From assembly GCA_002316275.1 (NCBI GenBank), contig DCDE01000004.1:27434-91433 (forward strand): 64,000 nucleotides of DNA, given 5' to 3'. Below the pieces are notes generated by a model that saw nothing but the letters and a program-made list of their open reading frames with translations, did no database searches and was not told the DNA's origin. Shown here in pieces: positions 21,501 through 28,231 of this stretch (its first letter is position 1; every line of letters starts with the position of its first letter). Source of the stretch: a candidate division WOR-3 bacterium UBA1063. GTDB lineage: Bacteria > Hydrothermota > Hydrothermia > UBA1063. The translations under genes were made by a program, and so were the position numbers.

Positions 21501-21934
21501 TACTTTACTTATATCATTCTATTACTGGCGAACCCACAGACGTAACACTTGATGAAGTACTTGAGCTCTCAAAGAATGCAATGGATATAAAATCATATAT
21601 CGACGTACTTTTGTATGATCAAATCCTCGGGACACTAAACCCAAAACTCTTAGAAGAACTCAAAAACCAATCAATACACTTTAACCTTAAACAGAAGCTT
21701 CTCTTTTACGTCGTGGAGCTCAGGGTAGAACTAGCAAGTGGGGAAACAGAAAACGCTCATGAAAAAATCGAAGAGCTTGAAAGGAAACTTATAGATCATA
21801 AAGCGATACTCGTATTAACGTTTCTCTACAGGATGGGAATCAACTTCTTTAAAGAGGTAGATCCTCAGTTTGCCACATTACTGGGAGAAAAACTAAACCT
21901 TCTCCTCACGGATGCATTCAGCTCGTACTTTTAA
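18590..21934 (+). CDS. GGDEF diguanylate cyclase domain, degenerate STAND/AAA_16 ATPase, TPR-repeat signalling protein
   Basis: 'RESDLIFRYGGDEF' has an intact A-site and an RxxD I-site. The AAA_16-like region has 'GVKGSGIT' (Walker A Lys replaced by Ile) and 'ILLTINNGQ' (Walker B DD replaced by NN). Long TPR-like C-terminus. First ATG at 18590 chosen over the ORF-track start at 18494. Confidence 0.8.
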   Translation: MNEILKEPLTQLYHHNYFIIRIEEEVYRAKRKGLGLSLIFIDIDFFKMINDNFGHQVGDEVLKQFSMDLKDTVRESDLIFRYGGDEFTIILPEASIDDAIKISQRIKGTVEKQGYGPSGSLRISLSVGISQFPIDSVNPADLIQKADERNLISKRTGRGKIVYKDNVVEESQTISLSSVRMVGREKEIKSFTQLLTEFANSDRRFIAILNGVKGSGITRLIEEISNIAAIVRIKPINVTLVEKDLTDRLALVRSILKELLKDEKEEVTGEYANIFVYPQKETPREDLTVISNEQKLIDTVLELLSKRSKNQKILLTINNGQLISKESMPLLVQILQSSKAKDASLIIAEKGRNGFEKELSSLSEVIHYFEVLPLTREEVKTLLWQILRSEPDENFLDWIMAQTAGRPLYIDKILNILLLSNKLSPAENHWILSDDYYIGVENTFLPLVEEISSLTPQERDVLEVCAVYNISFSCSVIAALTELPVTEIDEIFNSLCTKGYLEEIIPYNLYRFPNQLIKEIVYFQIPKEKRTKMHFKIARMLDNNPEEISRLNPQILYEHYVNGGMEHKAIPHIESMIRNAIKKKEFKKATELIQRIFEIEDNKLQVSEQIGLLRELGMCLKNVGDFDSSFAKLKQALELAQKHGEKYEEALVRLEMTRIQYTNRDEHEFLTNIEQIQQIGSQLNDHRILAKALVDKALYYYDFEKKPTKAILTLDEALDLLKEEEDHELLTRIYGNLGNFYAHLKQYQKAKENFEIALYHARICNNPDYICTIMLNYGVIQSILEDLENSRKTLEKTLEFAKRENIMYLMPHLYSNLAMIYVNYGEYSIAIKYMEKTIDYAKEMDLKADVTTYETYLYGIRSYLGDQEYYTSKLEEIVEKELHNTEAWERANCYLINNYSFLGKLSNLEKIYKNMSNFRNLMLKNAAEITLYENIIIFSKESKKLIDFIKQKEKESITKADSIGKVNSGTVLYLYHSITGEPTDVTLDEVLELSKNAMDIKSYIDVLLYDQILGTLNPKLLEELKNQSIHFNLKQKLLFYVVELRVELASGETENAHEKIEELERKLIDHKAILVLTFLYRMGINFFKEVDPQFATLLGEKLNLLLTDAFSSYF

Positions 21935-22334
21935 CCTCAAATCTGAAAAACAGATTTCTCAGCTTTTTATCAAACACTCCGAGGAGTAAAAAGTATAACA
22001 TCATAAGTAAAAATCCCACAATTGCCTTGACAATCTCATTCAATTTAAAAAATTGACCGAGATAATAGCCCAGAATAAACATAGCAATTGGTATTATGAA
22101 AATTAATGCCGACGACAGCACAATTCCCCATGTACTCTCTTCAATAGTAACAACGTCAGCGACCTTGAGATTATTTCCGCTAACCTCAACCACATCCTCA
22201 CCTTTATTTTTCATACCCATAGTACAAAATTTCGAGAGGGAACAGGACGAGCACGAACTCTCATCTCTTAATACCTTAACGAGGTATCTCCCCTCTCCGA
22301 CTTCAGAAAGAACAATTCCTTTTATTTCTGCCAT
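21918..22334 (-). CDS. rseC: RseC/MucC family protein (Rnf-associated, SoxR-reducing-system-like)
   Basis: 138 aa. N-terminal 'CSSCSLSKFC' cysteine cluster followed by two TM helices. Lies immediately downstream of rnfB. Confidence 0.55.
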   Translation of the reverse strand: MAEIKGIVLSEVGEGRYLVKVLRDESSCSSCSLSKFCTMGMKNKGEDVVEVSGNNLKVADVVTIEESTWGIVLSSALIFIIPIAMFILGYYLGQFFKLNEIVKAIVGFLLMMLYFLLLGVFDKKLRNLFFRFEVKSTS

Positions 22335-22336
22335 TC

Positions 22337-23164
22337 TTAAACTGTTTTAACCTCTGCGAACTTCTCATCCAATGCAATGGCTTTTGTGGGACAGACTCCC
22401 ACTACTTTATCAGCAACTTCGTCAACTTTCTCGGCATCAACAATTATAACTAAGTTCTTTTCGAGTTTCATAGCACCTTCCGGAGCTTGCTTTACACAAA
22501 GGCCACAGCCAATACACGCCACTTTACAATAGCTCTTTGCTACAGGTCCTCTATCCAGGTTCTTGCAAAAGACAAACACCTTTCTATCTAAAGGTACTAA
22601 CTCAATAAGATCATGGGGGCATGCTTCCACGCACTTTCCGCAGGCAGTGCACTTTTCATTGATTATGTGCGGTAAGCCATCGTCTCCCATAAACATTGCC
22701 CCAAATTGACATACATTTACACAATCACCAAATCCAAGACATCCATAGACACAACCTCTATCGCCTTTTAGTGTGAAATCCGCAACCCTGCAAGACTTAA
22801 CCCCATCGTAATCAGACCTTCTAACAGCATTTTCCTTAGTTCCGTTACACATTACCTTTGCCACTCTTTTCACTATACTCACCGTATCAAGACCAATAAT
22901 GTGAGCAACTTTATCTGCAACTTCCTGACCCCCTGGGCCACACTTTGCGGCATTAGTTTCCTTGCCACCCGCAAGAGCTTCGGCGTATCCCACACAACCA
23001 GAGTATCCACATGCACCACAATTTGCTCCGGGGAGCGCCTCAAGAAGCATTTCTACTCTTGGATCTTCCTGGACGTAAAACTTCTTAAAAGAAATCATGA
23101 GGAAAAGCCCGGAAAGAAGCCCAAGCGCTAGAGTCAAAAGCAGACTTATAATTATTGTATTCAT
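22337..23164 (-). CDS. rnfB: Rnf complex subunit B (polyferredoxin)
   Basis: 'LPGANCGACGYSGC' RnfB signature plus several CxxCxxCxxxCP ferredoxin motifs. ATG at 23164 is chosen. The ORF-track start at 23239 is a TTG inside rnfA. Confidence 0.8.
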   Translation of the reverse strand: MNTIIISLLLTLALGLLSGLFLMISFKKFYVQEDPRVEMLLEALPGANCGACGYSGCVGYAEALAGGKETNAAKCGPGGQEVADKVAHIIGLDTVSIVKRVAKVMCNGTKENAVRRSDYDGVKSCRVADFTLKGDRGCVYGCLGFGDCVNVCQFGAMFMGDDGLPHIINEKCTACGKCVEACPHDLIELVPLDRKVFVFCKNLDRGPVAKSYCKVACIGCGLCVKQAPEGAMKLEKNLVIIVDAEKVDEVADKVVGVCPTKAIALDEKFAEVKTV

Positions 23165-23180
23165 ATTTTCATTGCCTCCA

Positions 23181-23762
23181 TTATTGCAAAGATATGATAC
23201 CAGAAAAGCCCATAAAAGCAAATGCCATGAGTCCAGCAATTATAAGCGTGATTGGGGCACCTTTTAGGGCTTTGGGTACATCCCTCACTTCCAGTTCTTC
23301 TCTGATACCTGAAATAAGTAGTAAAGCAATTGTGAAACCTACTCCAGCACCAAAGCCAAAGAAGGTGTTTTCAATCAAATTATAATTTCTCATTGCGCCA
23401 AGCAGTGCGAGCCCAAGTACAATGCAGTTTGTCGTAATCAATGGCAAAAAGATCCCGAGGGCTTTGTATAGTGAAGGAGAAGTCTTCTTAATAACCATTT
23501 CAACGAATTGAACAAGTACTGCAATTACAAATATAAAAACGATCATCTGCAAAAACTCAAGGTGAAGTGGCCTTAAGATAAGGTGGTCAACCAAATTGGT
23601 GATAATAGCAGTCATAGTCATAACAAAGGTAGCCGCAAAACCCATACCAATAGCAGAGGAAACCCTTGCCGAAACCCCAAGAAAAGGACAAAGACCAAGA
23701 AAATAGGTTAAAATGAAATTATTCGTTATTGCTGCAGCTACAAAAATAATTAGAGGTCTCAT
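23181..23762 (-). CDS. rnfA: Rnf complex subunit A
   Basis: 193 aa polytopic membrane protein in the RnfA/RnfE/NqrDE family. Operon position after rnfE. Confidence 0.85.
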   Translation of the reverse strand: MRPLIIFVAAAITNNFILTYFLGLCPFLGVSARVSSAIGMGFAATFVMTMTAIITNLVDHLILRPLHLEFLQMIVFIFVIAVLVQFVEMVIKKTSPSLYKALGIFLPLITTNCIVLGLALLGAMRNYNLIENTFFGFGAGVGFTIALLLISGIREELEVRDVPKALKGAPITLIIAGLMAFAFMGFSGIISLQ

Positions 23763-24382
23763 AATTTTTTCTCCTCACTCTTTCTTGTAATAAAGTTCAT
23801 AAAACCGATCAGCATCGCAAGAGTAAGAAAAGCCCCCGGTGGAAGTATCATCACCAGAATTGGCTTAAACCACGAGCCAAATATTTTCACTCCAAAAATG
23901 GAGCCAAACCCTAAAATTTCTCGTATAATCCCCATCAATAAAATGGTGATAATGTAACCTGTACCCATACCAATGGCATCAAGAATGGATGGCAAGAGTT
24001 TGTTCTTCTTCGTGAACGCTTCTTGCCTCGCCAGAATTATACAATTAACAACAATAAGTGGAATATACGCACCTAGTGCCTTTGAAATATCAGGGAATTT
24101 AGCTTTGAGAAATAGATCTGCAACAGTAACAAAAGTAGCAATTACAACTATGTAAGCAGGAATTCTTACCTCATTTGGGATTAAATCCTTTATAAGCCCG
24201 ATAACCAAAGACGAAAAAAACAAGACAAAAAGTACTGAAACCCCCATAGAAATACTGTTTACAACCGTATTAGACACTGCTAATACTGAACAGATACCGA
24301 GGAGCTGGACAAGAACGGGATTCTCCTTAAAAAACCCCTTTACTAACTCATAGCCTGGCTTTCTGCTATTCTGTGCCATCAC
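23759..24382 (-). CDS. rnfE: Rnf complex subunit E
   Basis: 207 aa membrane protein paralogous to RnfA. ATGA overlap with rnfG. Confidence 0.85.
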   Translation of the reverse strand: MMAQNSRKPGYELVKGFFKENPVLVQLLGICSVLAVSNTVVNSISMGVSVLFVLFFSSLVIGLIKDLIPNEVRIPAYIVVIATFVTVADLFLKAKFPDISKALGAYIPLIVVNCIILARQEAFTKKNKLLPSILDAIGMGTGYIITILLMGIIREILGFGSIFGVKIFGSWFKPILVMILPPGAFLTLAMLIGFMNFITRKSEEKKL

Positions 24383-25344
24383 TTAAGCTCCTTTTTAAGG
24401 GCCTCAAATCCTTTATTTACTGCAGATACTACGCCATCTTCAATTATAGTTGCACCTGTAACAACCTCTACATTACTTGAACTTAATGGCAGAGACTCCC
24501 CTATCAATCTCTTTTGCAACTCATCGAGTTTCTCCTTATCAACCGACACTTCTGATCCATTCATAATAACGATGTCTTCAATCTTTGAAAAGTTTTTGCT
24601 CACAGTCATAAAGATCTTAACCGTATCTCCGCCTTCAACCCCTTCAGAAAAAATCCCGTAACTGATGCTCTGACCCGATTTATCGTTAATCACGTAATAT
24701 GTACCTTTCTTAATAAGCCTCTTCTCAGGCCATCGCTTCTCAAAGTACTCGAGAATCTCCTCTTCGCCTCTTCCAGCACTTTCCCCTCCACCACCGCTTC
24801 CAAGATATGTCTCGAGCGCCTTATGAGCATTATTTACAATATTTGCGACAGATTTAGAAGAAATTGTTGCCCCGGTTATTGCTTCTATCTGGGATCTATT
24901 TTGCGGCTTTTGCCCTTTCAAAACTTCAATAGGCGGTATTGCTCCTTCAAACTGCTTCTTAAACCAGTCTTCTATTATTCTATTACCAAGGCCCGGCGTC
25001 TCAACGTTCTCAAGAACCTCAATACCAAGAACAGCACTAGCATCTTTATCAAATCCTACCATTAATTTTATGTCACCCTGAAATCCACCACCTGTGATCA
25101 TTACGCCATATCCTATTACATTACCGTTACTATCCTTAGCCTTCAGCACTGAGGTCTTTTCATCAAGCGCAATATTTTCATAGCTCTCTACCCCTTCAAC
25201 TACCGAAAGGAGCGCGGTTCTCATAGAATTCTCAAGATTTCTTTGAATGTCATCCTGCGTTGAAACATAAGTATATGCAAGGAGGCAGCCTGCTATAGTT
25301 ATTATCAAAGTTAATACAATTACCATTCTGAATTCGTTTTTCAT
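24379..25344 (-). CDS. rnfG: Rnf complex subunit G with two FMN-binding motifs
   Basis: N-terminal TM anchor. FMN_bind-like motifs 'IEAITGATISSKSV' and 'VEVVTGATIIEDGV', separated by a Gly-rich linker. 321 aa. Confidence 0.75.
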   Translation of the reverse strand: MKNEFRMVIVLTLIITIAGCLLAYTYVSTQDDIQRNLENSMRTALLSVVEGVESYENIALDEKTSVLKAKDSNGNVIGYGVMITGGGFQGDIKLMVGFDKDASAVLGIEVLENVETPGLGNRIIEDWFKKQFEGAIPPIEVLKGQKPQNRSQIEAITGATISSKSVANIVNNAHKALETYLGSGGGGESAGRGEEEILEYFEKRWPEKRLIKKGTYYVINDKSGQSISYGIFSEGVEGGDTVKIFMTVSKNFSKIEDIVIMNGSEVSVDKEKLDELQKRLIGESLPLSSSNVEVVTGATIIEDGVVSAVNKGFEALKKELK

Positions 25345-25347
25345 TTT

Positions 25348-26298
25348 TTAAACCTCCCCGAGAACTCTTGGCTTCGTCAGCCTGTCAATCCAGGGTCTTA
25401 TACTGTTCACTATAAGTATGCTAAACATTACACCCTCGGGGTATCCTGCAAACAACCTTATTAAAACTACAAGAAATCCTCCAAGAATGCCATAAATTAC
25501 ACGTCCCTTACGAGTAATTGGTGATGTAACCATATCTGTAATCATGTAAAATGCACCGAGCATTAATCCACCAGCAAGAATGTGAAAGAGGGGATCTGGG
25601 TATTTTGATGGGTTTATAAGCCACATAATTCCACCAAAACAAAATACAGAAGCAATATAAGAGAGGGGCAATCTGAAATCCACATATCCCTTTAAAATTA
25701 ACACAAGACCACCAAGAATAATGAGGAGCGCGGAGGTCTCACCCATAGAACCAGCTACATTTCCAAAGAATAAATCTTTGTAAGGCGTAAGAACCTTTTC
25801 AAACTTGAAGTTTGCAAGGGGAGTAGCACCCGTGAAAGTATCTGGGCTCATGAATCTTGTGGGAGACCACGTAGTAGCATCAACAGGAAATGCAGCCATA
25901 AGGAAAGCCCTTCCTACAAGTGCAGGATTGAATATGTTTTGCCCGATCCCTCCAAAGAATTGTTTCGCAAATACTATAGCAAAAGCCGCCCCAAGGGCCG
26001 CCTCCCATAAAGGAAAACGTGGTGGCAAAGTCAAAGCGAGAAGAATCCCTGTAACTACTGCACTCCCATCAAGGCATTGAGAGACATCCCTTCCTCTTAG
26101 CTTCAGTAATATGCATTCTGCTACAACTGCAGTAAATGCACTAACGAGCATAACAAGGAGAGGATAGAGCCCGAAAAAATAAACCGCACTAGCAGCAGGA
26201 AACGCAAGTGATAGAACGGTAAACCACATAACCTTCTTTACACTTTCTTCGCTTCGAATGTGTGGTGATACCGATAATACAAGATTTTTCTCGTTCAT
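25348..26298 (-). CDS. rnfD: Rnf complex subunit D
   Basis: Polytopic NqrB/RnfD family. Start moved to Met14 (26298), which gives an ATGA overlap with the rnfC stop and a 'gaggagg' SD. Confidence 0.85.
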   Translation of the reverse strand: MNEKNLVLSVSPHIRSEESVKKVMWFTVLSLAFPAASAVYFFGLYPLLVMLVSAFTAVVAECILLKLRGRDVSQCLDGSAVVTGILLALTLPPRFPLWEAALGAAFAIVFAKQFFGGIGQNIFNPALVGRAFLMAAFPVDATTWSPTRFMSPDTFTGATPLANFKFEKVLTPYKDLFFGNVAGSMGETSALLIILGGLVLILKGYVDFRLPLSYIASVFCFGGIMWLINPSKYPDPLFHILAGGLMLGAFYMITDMVTSPITRKGRVIYGILGGFLVVLIRLFAGYPEGVMFSILIVNSIRPWIDRLTKPRVLGEV

Positions 26299-27611
26299 GA
26301 GGACCTCCTCAATTCCTGCTTTCCAAACTTGACCCACTGCACATGATTTATCTTAGAAGGGCAAACAAAAGCACAACATCCACATTCCATGCAATCTGAG
26401 AGACCATATTTTTCCTTTGCCTCTGTAAACCTACCTGCCTTAATATAGTCAACAAGCATAAGGGGCAAGAGACCCATGGGACAGACATCAACACATTTTG
26501 AGCATCTTATGCAAGTATACTCCTCAAATCTCCTTGCAGTCTTTTGCGTAAAGAGTAATATTCCAGATGTACCCTTTATAACAGGAACCTCGAGGGTATA
26601 TTGGGAGATGCCCATCATGGGCCCTCCATTTATTACCTTTATTACATCATCACTCATATCTCCTGTCATCTCAACCACATCCAGGAAGCGTGTCCCAATC
26701 CTTACCAAGTAGTTTCCCGCTCCTCTTGCTCCATCTCCAGACAATGTAAGAACCCTTTCAATGAGGGGCTTGCCAAATCTCACTGCTTCATAGATAGCAA
26801 CCGCTGTTTGAACGTTCTGGACGAGGCAGTTCACATCCATAGGGAGCCCACCTCTTGGAACCTCTCTATCCGTTAGAGCTTTTATAAGCTGCTTCTCAGC
26901 ACCTTCAGGGTACTTTGTTTTCACAACTTTAAGCTCAAATGAAGGAAATTCCTTAATTACATCGCTCACCTTTCCTATAGCTAAAGGTTTATTATCCTCA
27001 ACCGCAATAAATACTCTACTAGCACCTACAGCTCTTTTAATTAGGAAAGCACCCCAGAGGACATCTTTCGCCCTTTCCTGCAATATCCTATCATCAGCAG
27101 TGAGAAACGGCTCACATTCCGCTCCATTTATGATCACCGTATCTATTGATTTATCTTTTGGAGGAGAGATCTTCACATGAGTTGGAAATGCAGCTCCTCC
27201 AAGACCAACAACACCAGCTTCCTTAACAGCATTGACGATCTCTTCGGGGCTTGATTCCTGCCAGTTAACCCTTTCTAAAGGTTCTTCAAACCACTCATCC
27301 TTCCCATCAGGTTCAATTACAATTGCAAAATCAGACATAAGAAGAACAGGATGAGGGTGATCAATTATGGTTCTCACCTTTCCAGATGTAGGAGCATGGA
27401 TACAGGCAGAGATGTAACCATCGGCATCAGCAATTTTCTGTCCCTTTTTAACCTCGTCTCCCCTTTTCACAAGTGGTTTTGCAGGTTTTCCAGTATGTTG
27501 GCTAAGAGGAACGTAGAGAGTAGCTGGTACAGGGAGCTTCTCAATTCCCTTACCTGTGGTATACTTACAATATGGTGGGTGAACGCCGCCTTTAAAAGTG
27601 CTCTTTGCCAT
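26295..27611 (-). CDS. rnfC: Rnf complex subunit C (NADH-binding, 2x[4Fe-4S])
   Basis: 438 aa. 'CIRCSKCVDVCP' and 'CMECGCCAFVCP' ferredoxin motifs. RnfC N-terminal 'GGVHPP'. Confidence 0.85.
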   Translation of the reverse strand: MAKSTFKGGVHPPYCKYTTGKGIEKLPVPATLYVPLSQHTGKPAKPLVKRGDEVKKGQKIADADGYISACIHAPTSGKVRTIIDHPHPVLLMSDFAIVIEPDGKDEWFEEPLERVNWQESSPEEIVNAVKEAGVVGLGGAAFPTHVKISPPKDKSIDTVIINGAECEPFLTADDRILQERAKDVLWGAFLIKRAVGASRVFIAVEDNKPLAIGKVSDVIKEFPSFELKVVKTKYPEGAEKQLIKALTDREVPRGGLPMDVNCLVQNVQTAVAIYEAVRFGKPLIERVLTLSGDGARGAGNYLVRIGTRFLDVVEMTGDMSDDVIKVINGGPMMGISQYTLEVPVIKGTSGILLFTQKTARRFEEYTCIRCSKCVDVCPMGLLPLMLVDYIKAGRFTEAKEKYGLSDCMECGCCAFVCPSKINHVQWVKFGKQELRRSS

Positions 27612-27631
27612 TATAAAGGACTCCTTTTAGC

Positions 27632-28231
27632 CTACTTAAACTCTCTTCCAAACCTAAAAGCCATTAAATTTGCTTCAATAGTATGCTTCTTAAAACTTTC
27701 TGTGATTACTTTCTCCCACACAATCGGCTCAAAAGGCAGGTAATTTGACATTGCCCCAAGAAGCACCGTATTGGCAGTCCTTGCATCTCCTGTCCTATTT
27801 GCAATGTCAGTTGCCGGGATAAGCAGTACCTCAGCCCTTACTTTTTCCTCAATCGATTTTACAATATCCCTCGGGTACGTATCAAGCCCTATAGAAACCG
27901 TGGTAGGAATAAGCTCTAAATCATTAATAATAACCTTGGCACCTTCCACCTTAAGGTAGTGAATCCACCTGAGGGCTTCAGACTTTTCAAAAGAGAGAAT
28001 GAGGTCACAAGTCCCCATTTCAACAAGAGGAGAATATACCTTACGTCCAAATCTCACGTGGCTCACGACACTACCACCTCTCTGTGACATTCCATGAACT
28101 TCACTCTTTTTAGTATCTAATCCAGATGCCATAGCAACCTTTGAGAGAAGCTCTGAAGCAGTTAATATACCCTGCCCACCAACTCCCGAAATTATTACAT
28201 TGAAAACTTTATCCATTTCAGCCTCCTTCAA
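27632..28231 (-). CDS. iorB: Indolepyruvate:ferredoxin oxidoreductase beta subunit
   Basis: 'NVIISGVGGQGILTASELL' is a 2-oxoacid:Fd oxidoreductase gamma-type motif. ATGA overlap with iorA. Confidence 0.7.
   Translation of the reverse strand: MKEAEMDKVFNVIISGVGGQGILTASELLSKVAMASGLDTKKSEVHGMSQRGGSVVSHVRFGRKVYSPLVEMGTCDLILSFEKSEALRWIHYLKVEGAKVIINDLELIPTTVSIGLDTYPRDIVKSIEEKVRAEVLLIPATDIANRTGDARTANTVLLGAMSNYLPFEPIVWEKVITESFKKHTIEANLMAFRFGREFK

Noticed and set aside
13990-21934. Classifying the cyclase-STAND/GGDEF-STAND locus as a known anti-phage system (Avs, CBASS, Thoeris, Pycsar)
   Set aside because: No cGAS/DncV-like nucleotidyltransferase, pyrimidine cyclase, TIR, Sir2, nuclease or TM effector was recognised. 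Only the domain order resembles Avs/NLR proteins, so any defence role stays a hypothesis, not an annotation.
22337-23239. Long rnfB ORF (300 aa) starting at 23239
   Set aside because: The codon at 23237-23239 is TTG and the first 25 codons lie inside the rnfA coding region. The ATG at 23164 gives the canonical RnfB N-terminal TM helix and a clean 17-nt gap after rnfA.
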